NCBI GenBank assembly: GCA_040902285.1
Contig: JBBDXP010000007.1
Span: 1,042 to 65,041, forward strand
Direction of reading: 5' to 3'
Source: Candidatus Spechtbacterales bacterium
GTDB lineage: Bacteria > Patescibacteriota > Minisyncoccia > Spechtbacterales > 2-12-FULL-38-22
Length of the DNA stretch: 64,000 nucleotides
Below are positions 8,747 through 17,339 of the stretch, in pieces. Numbering within the stretch: the first letter of the stretch is position 1; every line of letters starts with the position of its first letter. Under the pieces are notes generated by a model, which was not told the origin of the DNA, did no database searches, and saw only the letters and a list, made by a program, of their open reading frames with translations. The translations under genes were made by a program, and so were the position numbers.

Positions 8747-10909
8747 ATGACAGCTAAAAACAAAACAAAAGCACACGGGGACATTGAAGAAATAAAAAAC
8801 TTTTTTGCGAATAAGGATGATAAAGAGCTGATACAAAAGGCCTTCGAAAAAGCGCTTAGCGCGCATGAAGGGCAAAAAAGAGAATCGGGAGAAGCTTATA
8901 TAATACACCCTCTTTACGCCGCGCAAACTTTGGCCGAACTAAAAATGGACGCGCAAACCATAGCGGCCGCGCTTCTGCACGATGTTGTGGACGACACCCA
9001 CGTAACCCTAGACGATATAGAAAAAGAATTCGGAAAAGACATATCCTTTTTGGTATCGGGGGTAAGCAAACTTGGAAAATTGAAATACCGCGGAGTTGAA
9101 AGACATGCTGAAAATTTAAGGAAAATGATGGTAGCCATGGCTGAAGATGTAAGGGTCATACTTATTAAATTTGCGGACCGGCTGCACAATATGAAAACGC
9201 TTAACGCGCTACCTGAAAGAAAAAGAAAAAGGATAGCTCTTGAGACCCTGGAAATCTACGCGCCGATAGCAATAAGATTGGGAGTGGCGGATATTGGAAA
9301 AAAACTTGAAGACCTGGCTTTTCCGTATGTATACCCGGATAAATACGACTATGTAAAAAAAGAAAGCGGCAAAAGGTTGCTGAAGGCCGAGGATTATCTA
9401 AAAAGATTATCGCCCAAATTAAAACGGGAACTCGCGCGTGAAAACATCAAGCCGCTAAAAATAGAAATGCGAACTAAGCACCTATACAGTTTGTGGGTAA
9501 AACTGGAAAAAGATAACTATAATTGGGACCAAATAATGGATTTGATGGCCGTAAGAATAATAGTGGATTCGGTTGAAGAGTGCTACAAAACTTTGGGAAT
9601 AATCCACAAACTCTGGCACCCGGTACCCGGAAGAATAAAAGATTATATAGCTCTTCCGAAACCAAACGGCTACCAAAGTTTGCACACGACAGTTTTTTGC
9701 ATAGATGGAAAAAGAACCGAGTTTCAAATAAGGACGCTAAAAATGCACGAAAATGCCGAGTATGGAATAGCGGCGCACTGGAGATATAAGGCAGATGAAA
9801 AACAGTCCGATAAAAGATTAAATAAAACTTACGGCTGGGTGCGCCAGCTTCAAGAATGGAAAAAAGATACATCTCCAAGCGATGAGTTTTTGAATAGTTT
9901 AAAAATAGACGTGTTCAATGATCGCATATTCGTGTTTACTCCTTCCGGCGATGTTATAGATTTGCCGGCGGGAGCCACCCCCATAGATTTCGCTTACAAC
10001 ATACATTCTGATGTGGGCGATAAATGCTCAGCCGCGATACGAAACGGCAAGATGATATCCTTGGGAACAGAATTGCATAACGGAGATGTTTTGGAGATAT
10101 TAACTTCCAAAAACAAGACCCCCTCGCAAGCATGGCTACATTTTGCAAAAACAAGAAGCGCGCGGGCGCATATAAAAAAATGGTTTCATAGCCAGAACAG
10201 AGAACAGCATGTGGAAGCCGGCTTAAGTATGCTCAATGAGGAATTGGAATCCATAGAAGGTAAAAATTGGGACGGGCTTCAAGAAAAAACACGCCGCAAA
10301 ACCTTGGAAAGATTCTCTATGCACAACGCCGAATCACTCTTTGCGGCCATAGGCAGAGGGGATATTTCCATAACAAGAATAACAAATAGTTTGCTTGAAG
10401 AAGCACCGCAGCGGAAAAAGGTTGCTCCCAAAACTTCAAAAAAAACCTCGGTGAAATCGGTTTCTATAGCGGGAGTAAGCGGTTTGAAAATGCGCATGGC
10501 ACAATGTTGCAGCCCCGCCTACCCCGAAAGCATAGTGGCATACATAACTGTAGATAAAGGCGCCAGCATACACAAAACCGCATGCCCGAATATTCACGAA
10601 AAAACATGGGCGGAAAAAATATTGCCCGCTTACTGGAGTAGTGCTGAAAGAAATTATAGTATTCCTCTGACAATAAAAACAACCAACAGGGTTGGTATGC
10701 TTCAAGACATAAGTAAAATTATTGCGGATTTTAACGCGAATATAGTATCTATAAACGCCGGGGTAAATAAAAATAAAACCTCATCCGCAAAAGACGGAGA
10801 GGTTGAGATAAAAGCGGATATAGAAATTGAAGATATTCAGCTTCTAAGAAAAATTATAGAAAAAATAAAAATGACCGACGGGGTCGTGGAAATAAAAAGG
10901 CGCGTTTAG
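8747..10909 (+). CDS. rel: bifunctional (p)ppGpp synthetase/hydrolase Rel
   Basis: An HD hydrolase domain (IIHPL...HDVVDDT) is followed by a RelA/SpoT synthetase domain, a TGS domain and a C-terminal ACT-like domain. Total length is 720 aa. Confidence 0.9.
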   Translation: MTAKNKTKAHGDIEEIKNFFANKDDKELIQKAFEKALSAHEGQKRESGEAYIIHPLYAAQTLAELKMDAQTIAAALLHDVVDDTHVTLDDIEKEFGKDISFLVSGVSKLGKLKYRGVERHAENLRKMMVAMAEDVRVILIKFADRLHNMKTLNALPERKRKRIALETLEIYAPIAIRLGVADIGKKLEDLAFPYVYPDKYDYVKKESGKRLLKAEDYLKRLSPKLKRELARENIKPLKIEMRTKHLYSLWVKLEKDNYNWDQIMDLMAVRIIVDSVEECYKTLGIIHKLWHPVPGRIKDYIALPKPNGYQSLHTTVFCIDGKRTEFQIRTLKMHENAEYGIAAHWRYKADEKQSDKRLNKTYGWVRQLQEWKKDTSPSDEFLNSLKIDVFNDRIFVFTPSGDVIDLPAGATPIDFAYNIHSDVGDKCSAAIRNGKMISLGTELHNGDVLEILTSKNKTPSQAWLHFAKTRSARAHIKKWFHSQNREQHVEAGLSMLNEELESIEGKNWDGLQEKTRRKTLERFSMHNAESLFAAIGRGDISITRITNSLLEEAPQRKKVAPKTSKKTSVKSVSIAGVSGLKMRMAQCCSPAYPESIVAYITVDKGASIHKTACPNIHEKTWAEKILPAYWSSAERNYSIPLTIKTTNRVGMLQDISKIIADFNANIVSINAGVNKNKTSSAKDGEVEIKADIEIEDIQLLRKIIEKIKMTDGVVEIKRRV

Positions 10910-11775
10910 TCCAGCAAACTTTCTATCCAGCGGCGAAGATCGTTTTTGGACGAAAAATGAACCGCGAGATTTGCTCTTTTATCCGTTGTTCTGGCTTTGG
11001 CATCCAGCACTTCAAAAGTTTCCTTGAACCTTCGTAAAAGCTCTGCCATTTCGTTATCTTTCATGCTTCTTGATCCGACTGCCGCGGGTTCTTTTTTCGG
11101 TTTCAATTCCCTGGCCCTCTCTTCCGCCTGCCTTACCGTATAATTACTTGCCAATATTTCTCCAAATAATTTTTCTTGTGCGCCTTGTTCCAAACTCAGA
11201 AGAGGCCGCGTGTGGCCTTCTGATATTTCTCCTCGCTTTAAAGCATCCGTTATACTTGAGGGCAAAGATAAAATTCTAATGGTATTTGCGACATAAGGGA
11301 CAGACCTGGACACTCTGTTTGCGATCTCGCTTTGCTTCATGCCGAATTCTTCCTGGAGTTTTTTAAACGCCTCCGCCTCTTCAACAGCGTTTAAATCGTT
11401 TCTTTGTATGTTTTCTATGAGAGAAACTTCCAGTTTTTGCTTATCTGTTGAATGTCTTATTATAGCCGGCACCCTCGGCAATTTAGCCATTTTGGCGGCA
11501 CGCAATCTTCTTTCTCCGGCTATCAGTTCGTAATCCACTTCCCTGCCTTCCGGCACGTATCTTTCCACCTTGCTTACGATTAAGGGCTGTAAAATCCCGT
11601 AAACTTTAATCGAGTCAGCAAGGTCTTTTAAAGCGTTGAGATCAAATTCGCGCCGCGGCTGGTACGGGTTCGGCTTTATTTGTTCAACATCTATAAGAAA
11701 CACGCTCTCTTTTTTGTCTATTTCGGAGCGTTCTTCGGGTTTTCTTTGTGGTATTAATGATTCTAATCCGCGCAT
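10906..11775 (-). CDS. parB: chromosome partitioning protein ParB
   Basis: GERRLRAAKMAKLPRVPAI is the ParB box. An HTH region is also present. Confidence 0.88.
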   Translation of the reverse strand: MRGLESLIPQRKPEERSEIDKKESVFLIDVEQIKPNPYQPRREFDLNALKDLADSIKVYGILQPLIVSKVERYVPEGREVDYELIAGERRLRAAKMAKLPRVPAIIRHSTDKQKLEVSLIENIQRNDLNAVEEAEAFKKLQEEFGMKQSEIANRVSRSVPYVANTIRILSLPSSITDALKRGEISEGHTRPLLSLEQGAQEKLFGEILASNYTVRQAEERARELKPKKEPAAVGSRSMKDNEMAELLRRFKETFEVLDAKARTTDKRANLAVHFSSKNDLRRWIESLLD

Positions 11776-11785
11776 TTTTTTATTT

Positions 11786-12553
11786 TTAAAAAGAATTTAT
11801 TCTTTGTATTGTTTCTTTTGCCAGTTTTCGGTATGCTTCGGCGCCGGTTGAATACGGATCATATTGGTAAATTGATTTTCCGTATCCTGGAGCTTCCGCC
11901 AAAGATATGTTTCTGGGTATCACAGAATCAAAAACATATCCGGGAAAATTATCTTTTACATTTTTGAGCACATTTCTGCTCAATTTATTTCTTTTATCGT
12001 ACATGGTACACACCGCCCCCAAAATTTCAATATTCCTGCCCAGATTGTCTCTTATTAAGTATACAGTATTTAATAGTTGTCCCAAACCTTCCAGCGCGTA
12101 GTATTCGCATTGAACCGGAGTTAGAATATAATCGGCGGCAACAAGGCCATTAAGCGTGAGAAGACCCAAACTGGGCGGACAATCTATAATAACAAAATCG
12201 TAGTTGTGTTTGACCTGTGCTATGCTGTCCAACAACCTGTATTCCCGCTCTTTTTGGGAAACGAGCTCTATGTGCGCCCCCGACAAATCCGGATTGGAAG
12301 GCAAAATATCAAGAGAAAAAAGCCCGGTCGCGTGTATGGTATCACCAGCCAATACGCCGCCAATTAGTGTATGATACACGTTTGTAGACAGATTGCCGGG
12401 AGAACGGAAAGTCGAAGTTGCGTTGGCCTGCGGATCCATGTCCACAATCAATACTTTTTTGCCGTATGCAGCCAAATACACGGCCAAATTTACAGCCGTA
12501 GTGGTTTTACCGGTTCCTCCTTTTTGGTTGGCTATGGTTATAGCTACTCCCAT
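11786..12553 (-). CDS. parA: chromosome partitioning ATPase ParA/Soj
   Basis: MGVAITIANQKGGTGKTTTAVNLA is a deviant Walker A. The start was trimmed from the 327-aa track ORF to this Met. A plausible TTGTCA-N16-TAAGAT promoter lies just upstream on the minus strand. Confidence 0.88.
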   Translation of the reverse strand: MGVAITIANQKGGTGKTTTAVNLAVYLAAYGKKVLIVDMDPQANATSTFRSPGNLSTNVYHTLIGGVLAGDTIHATGLFSLDILPSNPDLSGAHIELVSQKEREYRLLDSIAQVKHNYDFVIIDCPPSLGLLTLNGLVAADYILTPVQCEYYALEGLGQLLNTVYLIRDNLGRNIEILGAVCTMYDKRNKLSRNVLKNVKDNFPGYVFDSVIPRNISLAEAPGYGKSIYQYDPYSTGAEAYRKLAKETIQRINSF

Positions 12554-12743
12554 ATGGCTAAATCTTACCACAAATGGGCCGATTGACAAATGAATACACG
12601 ATGCTATGTTGGGAATATGAAACATGCCCGGGTGGGTGAAATTGCGAGCAGTGCGCAGCAAGTTCACGGGTTCAAAAGAACCCCGGACCACCACCCGGAA
12701 CAGTTTTTTGTCTAAGTCCTGCGGAGCAGGACGAGAAATATAT

Positions 12744-12830
12744 GCCCGGGTGGTGGAACTGGCAGACACGCTGGACTCAAAATCCAGTGGTAGAAATACC
12801 GTGGAGGTTCAACTCCTCTCCCGGGCACCA
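12744..12830 (+). tRNA. tRNA-Leu (anticodon CAA), type II with long variable arm, CCA encoded
   Basis: The acceptor stem GCCCGGG pairs with CCCGGGC. The anticodon loop is CTCAAAA and the variable arm is long. The T-arm is GGTTCAACTCC and the sequence ends ACCA. Confidence 0.85.
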
Positions 12831-12869
12831 TTTAAGAAATTAAAATTTAATAAAAAAATATTTTAAATC

Positions 12870-13733
12870 ATGCAAAATTTGAACAAAGCAATAATTGATT
12901 TTATTTTGCCGTGGCTTCTGGAACACGGCATCCGTATAGCCATTATAGTGGTTGGTCTTTGGATAGCGCATAAATTCGCGGAGGCAATACTAAGCAAGAC
13001 CATAAGAAAAATGGTCAAAACAGACAGGTTTGCAAGCGAAGAAGAAGAAATAAAAAGAGAGGACACGATTATAAATATAATGGTTATATCTATACATGTG
13101 GCCATATGGGTCCTTGGCGGACTTATGATTCTGTCCGAAATAGGAATAAATATAACCCCGCTAATAGCCGCGGCCGGAATAGGAGGCCTTGCTTTCGGTT
13201 TTGGAGGACAATATCTTATAAGCGACCTTATAAGCGGTTTGTTTATAATACTTGAAAACCAATACAGGATTGGGGATGTGGTATGTTTTGACAAGACATG
13301 CGGATTGGTGGAAAAGATAACGCTTCGCAGAACAATTCTCAGGGACTTAGACGGCACAGTACACAATGTACCCAATGGCCAAATAAAGACCGCTTCCAAT
13401 CTGTCTCATGAATACGCCCGTGTAAACTTGAACATAGGGGTTGATTATTCAACAAATTTGGAAAAAGTAATAAAAGTAATAAACAGAGTTGGTAATGAAC
13501 TGACCGAAGATAAGAATTGGAAAGAAGACATAATAAAAACACCTCAATTTCTTCGGGTTGATGAGTTTGCGGATTCAGCGATAGTAATTAAAATACTCGG
13601 AGAAACAAAACCTCTCAGACAATGGGATGTAACCGGCGAATTAAGAAAACGGCTTAAGATCGCTTTTGATAACGAAGGTATTGTAATACCCTTCAATCAG
13701 CTTGTTTTGCATAAAGCTCCGGAGAACGGCTAG
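12870..13733 (+). CDS. mscS: small-conductance mechanosensitive channel (MscS family)
   Basis: It has N-terminal TM helices and the MscS beta-domain segment GDVVCFDKTCGLVEKITLRRTILRDLDGTVHNVPNGQI. Confidence 0.8.
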   Translation: MQNLNKAIIDFILPWLLEHGIRIAIIVVGLWIAHKFAEAILSKTIRKMVKTDRFASEEEEIKREDTIINIMVISIHVAIWVLGGLMILSEIGINITPLIAAAGIGGLAFGFGGQYLISDLISGLFIILENQYRIGDVVCFDKTCGLVEKITLRRTILRDLDGTVHNVPNGQIKTASNLSHEYARVNLNIGVDYSTNLEKVIKVINRVGNELTEDKNWKEDIIKTPQFLRVDEFADSAIVIKILGETKPLRQWDVTGELRKRLKIAFDNEGIVIPFNQLVLHKAPENG

Positions 13734-13736
13734 AAT

Positions 13737-14975
13737 CTAAGAACCTTCGGGCACTGATCCGGCGGTTTCTTTGGCAATTTCCATGGGATCGATTTCCATC
13801 GGATCTTCTTTCATTAAAATAAATCCCAAAGAAAGAAATCCTGCCATTAAAAACACTATTGCCAAGTTGTCGGTAAACAAAAACACTAAAGCTAAAAATA
13901 AAAGAAAGACCCCGCGGGAAACATTTAAAGCTATCTCGCGCACTATTACGAGCCGGTCCCGGGTCGTTTTATATTTTCCGGCCCAGTCATAAAATATGGC
14001 GGCAAAAGGTATAAAGGCGGAATACGAACCGAAATTATGCAAAGTGTGAGCCAAAAAAGCATCGAAGGGTGTTCGTACAAACATTTTTATGGGCCAGAAA
14101 ACGGCGTTCAGAATGGATCCTATGGTCAGCAATTTCTCCGGCCCCATTTTATCCGATGCCTTGCCTATGAAGTATATAAATATCATTCCTATTACAAGAG
14201 CGGAAGAAATAATGGCGCCCAATTCTTCAAAACTTATTGCCAGCATAAAAAGATATAGAGGCCATATATAAGCATGGACGGCAAATTCCGCGCCCGCAAA
14301 CCCGAGAGCTGCAACTTTCGCCCTCCTGTTCTTTTTTAAAGTTTCTCTAAAGGCCTGCGTGAAATCATCCGGGTATTCTTCTTTTATTTCTTGGGATAAA
14401 AACAATGGTATTGTGGACGCAAATAATAAGGCAAGAACAATGGCGAAAAGTTCCGGAAATCCAAAAAATGTTATTACTAACCCCCCAACAAGCGGTCCAA
14501 AGGCCGAGGCAAGTGAAATAACGATATTGGCAACTCCCACTTCCTTGCCGCGCTTACCTTGTTCGGAAAATCTGGCAAAATCAATATGGAAAGCCGGCCA
14601 GTAGAGCAGGTTATGCATGACATGAAACGGAATAAGTATCAGAAAAAAGATACCTAATTTTTCTATTTGCCAAAGAGCCAGAAAATATAAAAACAGAAAC
14701 GGAACACTCCAGAGCATTGCGTGTTTTATGCCTAGCCGTGTGAGCATTTTTCCTCCAAAAGGCGCAAGCACACCGAACAAAATGGATACAATCGCAAAAT
14801 AAAGAAGAGTTAATGGAATAGATCTGTCAAAAAAAAGGAAGATATATATTGGTTCGAATATACCTACTAAAGAAATTGCAAACCCCCGTATAGCAGTAGA
14901 AGCATATAATTCTCCAAGTTCTTTATTGAAATGCGGCGATAGCCGGGCAAGATGCCCGTGCGTTAATAAAGCCAT
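13737..14975 (-). CDS. MFS-type transporter
   Basis: A 412-aa polytopic membrane protein with about 12 predicted TM helices and MFS-like loop motifs. Confidence 0.55.
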   Translation of the reverse strand: MALLTHGHLARLSPHFNKELGELYASTAIRGFAISLVGIFEPIYIFLFFDRSIPLTLLYFAIVSILFGVLAPFGGKMLTRLGIKHAMLWSVPFLFLYFLALWQIEKLGIFFLILIPFHVMHNLLYWPAFHIDFARFSEQGKRGKEVGVANIVISLASAFGPLVGGLVITFFGFPELFAIVLALLFASTIPLFLSQEIKEEYPDDFTQAFRETLKKNRRAKVAALGFAGAEFAVHAYIWPLYLFMLAISFEELGAIISSALVIGMIFIYFIGKASDKMGPEKLLTIGSILNAVFWPIKMFVRTPFDAFLAHTLHNFGSYSAFIPFAAIFYDWAGKYKTTRDRLVIVREIALNVSRGVFLLFLALVFLFTDNLAIVFLMAGFLSLGFILMKEDPMEIDPMEIAKETAGSVPEGS

Positions 14976-14981
14976 AACGAA

Positions 14982-15629
14982 TTATAAATTTAGTTTTTTG
15001 CCGAATATATTTGACATTTTTTCGAGCGTTGTCTGGTTCATGCGCAGAACCAGGGGTTCATCTCTGGTTATATCCAAAACGGTCGAAGGTTCTGCGGCAG
15101 AAATATCTCCGGCATCCACAACAAGATCGGGCAGTACGGAATGTTCTTTAAATTGAGCCAGTATTTCGGAAATATTTCCCGTCGGCTGCATTCCCGATAC
15201 ATTCGCGGAAGAGCCCGTAACAGGTCCTCTAAATTCATTTAACAGAGCCCGGCAAAAATCGCTATCGGGAACACGCAAACCCACTTTTTGGGTGTTAGCC
15301 GACAGACGCAAGCTTATTTTGTTTTTTTTGAAAAGCACTAAAGTGAAAGGGCCCGGCCAAAATTTGTTCAATATGCTATCCTGTCGGCTGTCTATAAAAG
15401 CCAGCTCTTTCGCCATTTTGATACCTTTAACAAAAATTGGCACGGGTTTGTTCGCGGGCCTTTTTTTAAGATAAAACAATCTCTCTATCGCGTCTTTACG
15501 CAAGGCATCCGCTCCCAAGCCATATAAAGTATCGGTTGGGAAAATAATAACGCGCCCTTGCTTCAAAGCATTTGACGCTTTTTTAACCGTATCTAAAAAA
15601 TTTTCTTCAGTTAATTTTATCCGCTCCAT
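14982..15629 (-). CDS. tsaC: L-threonylcarbamoyladenylate synthase (YrdC/Sua5 family)
   Basis: VIIFPTDTLYGLGADA is the YrdC signature. Confidence 0.8.
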   Translation of the reverse strand: MERIKLTEENFLDTVKKASNALKQGRVIIFPTDTLYGLGADALRKDAIERLFYLKKRPANKPVPIFVKGIKMAKELAFIDSRQDSILNKFWPGPFTLVLFKKNKISLRLSANTQKVGLRVPDSDFCRALLNEFRGPVTGSSANVSGMQPTGNISEILAQFKEHSVLPDLVVDAGDISAAEPSTVLDITRDEPLVLRMNQTTLEKMSNIFGKKLNL

Positions 15630-15635
15630 TTAATA

Positions 15636-16649
15636 TTATAAGTTCATCAATTGTTTCATTATATCCGCCAATTTATCCGAATCGTGCCGTATAAGAGTTC
15701 TTCTTAAAGCATCGTTGGGATCGTGTTCCGGTATTTTACTGTCTAAAAGATCTGTTCCCGCGAATCTTTTATCTTTTTCTTCGTTTTTTATGACAAGCGG
15801 CTGGTCTGTTGTGTTAAGTTTTTCCAAAATTCTGCCGCTTATGTTTGCGGTATTGTATACAACATGATCAAAAACGTCTCCGCCAAAAAGTTTTTTAAAA
15901 TGCAATAGGTAATCATTTATCGAATAATCCTTGGTGGATTTTTGCTGATTCATCAAATTTGCCGTATAGATCTTTTTAGCCCTGCTCTTTTTTATACCGG
16001 ACCTGATGCCCCTTACCATTAATGGCGGCGTTAAACTGGCAAAAAGATTTCCCGGTCCTATTAATATAAAATCCGCTTCCTTTATAACTTTTTCGGTCTT
16101 TGGGTTGGCAGCTCCCCGCGGCGTCAATTCAAGTTTATCAAGCTTTTTATTCAATCCTTTTATTTTAGTTATGCGCGCCTCCCCTTTTATTTTCCTTCCG
16201 TCTTTCAAGTGGGCCCATATATCAGTGGGGTATGTTGTAACGGGAACGATGGAATGTTCGGACCCGAAAATTTTCTCTGCCTCTTCTATCGCTTTTTGAA
16301 AATCTCCGTGATGTTGCCACAATATTGCTAAAAATAAATTTCCAAATGTATGCCCCTTTAAACTCCCGCCGCCAAATCTGGTGTTGAAATGAGAGAGTAT
16401 TGGATGATTGTGGTCATTAAGCGCGACAAAACATTGCCTGGCGTCTCCCGGAGGAACCATGCCTATTTCCTTTCTTAACCTACCGGAAGAACCTCCCGTA
16501 TCAGCTGTTGTTATAACGGCCGATAATCTAAGCGGCAGTTTTTTAAGGCCGCGCAAAAGTATAGAGGTACCTGTACCTCCGCCTATAACTACGACTTTCT
16601 TTTTTCTGACATTTTCCATTTTGTTTAGTATAACATTGCTTCGTTTCAC
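15636..16649 (-). CDS. yvcK: YvcK/UPF0052 (CofD-like) family protein, gluconeogenesis factor
   Basis: VVVIGGGTGTSILLRGLK is the N-terminal motif of the family. Confidence 0.8.
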   Translation of the reverse strand: MKRSNVILNKMENVRKKKVVVIGGGTGTSILLRGLKKLPLRLSAVITTADTGGSSGRLRKEIGMVPPGDARQCFVALNDHNHPILSHFNTRFGGGSLKGHTFGNLFLAILWQHHGDFQKAIEEAEKIFGSEHSIVPVTTYPTDIWAHLKDGRKIKGEARITKIKGLNKKLDKLELTPRGAANPKTEKVIKEADFILIGPGNLFASLTPPLMVRGIRSGIKKSRAKKIYTANLMNQQKSTKDYSINDYLLHFKKLFGGDVFDHVVYNTANISGRILEKLNTTDQPLVIKNEEKDKRFAGTDLLDSKIPEHDPNDALRRTLIRHDSDKLADIMKQLMNL

Positions 16650-16696
16650 ATGCTTATGTTATAAGTAAGCCAGTTGTTTTACAACAGGAGAATACG

Positions 16697-17302
16697 GTGA
16701 AATTATTCCTGCGACTTTTAATACACCGCGTTCGTGGCGTAAAATTCATAAGCACAACAGGCGTTTTTATAGGACCCAAAGTGCAAATATCAAAAGGTGC
16801 GATTATTTATCCCAATGTGTACATAAACGGTGATTCTTACATTGGAAAGGATACCGTTATATTGCCTAATGCCAAAATAGAGGACTCGTATATAATGGAT
16901 AATTGCGTTATTGGCGCAGAGGTGATTCGTTCCATATTACACAATGATGTCAATGCAAAACATTCGTGCTATATAGGCGATGCGTCTATAGGGCAAGGAT
17001 GCAACATCGGAGCCGGGGTCGTTTTTTGTAATTATAACGGTTATGAAAAAAATAGAATAATTGTGCAAAGAGATACTTTCATCGGCAGCGGCTCGATGCT
17101 AATAGCTCCTCTTTTGATAGGAAGAACGAGTTATATTGCGGCCGGGTCCGTTGTAAAATTAACAGTAAATCCCAATACGCTTGTTATTGCGCGTGGGCAA
17201 CAGCACAAGCACGCGGCGCAAGATAGCGATGTAAAAAATGAGATTCATAAATCAAACTATGTGCGCAAAATTAAGGGCAAGTGGCACCTTGGAACCAGTT
17301 GA
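16697..17302 (+). CDS. stand-alone left-handed beta-helix acetyltransferase resembling the GlmU C-terminal (GlcN-1-P acetyltransferase) domain
   Basis: It has hexapeptide repeats and NYNGYEKNRIIVQRDTFIGSGSMLIAPLLIGRTSYIAAGSVV, which resembles the GlmU C-terminus. It is divergent from glmS. Confidence 0.55.
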   Translation: MKLFLRLLIHRVRGVKFISTTGVFIGPKVQISKGAIIYPNVYINGDSYIGKDTVILPNAKIEDSYIMDNCVIGAEVIRSILHNDVNAKHSCYIGDASIGQGCNIGAGVVFCNYNGYEKNRIIVQRDTFIGSGSMLIAPLLIGRTSYIAAGSVVKLTVNPNTLVIARGQQHKHAAQDSDVKNEIHKSNYVRKIKGKWHLGTS

Positions 17303-17311
17303 TTGATATAC

Positions 17312-17337
17312 AAAATCCGCTCATGTGAGCGGATTTT
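17312..17337. terminator. bidirectional hairpin terminator between the GlmU-like gene and glmS
   Basis: AAAATCCGCTCA-TGTG-AGCGGATTTT is flanked by A- and T-runs. Confidence 0.5.
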
Positions 17338-17339
17338 AT

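Noticed and set aside
12624-12700. Considered calling a second tRNA gene upstream of tRNA-Leu because of the shared GCCCGGGTGG start and T-arm-like GGGTTCAAAAGAACCC.
   Set aside because: Could not derive a consistent cloverleaf (no D-stem or anticodon stem pairing, T-loop of wrong length). It is kept only as a possible tRNA remnant in the findings.
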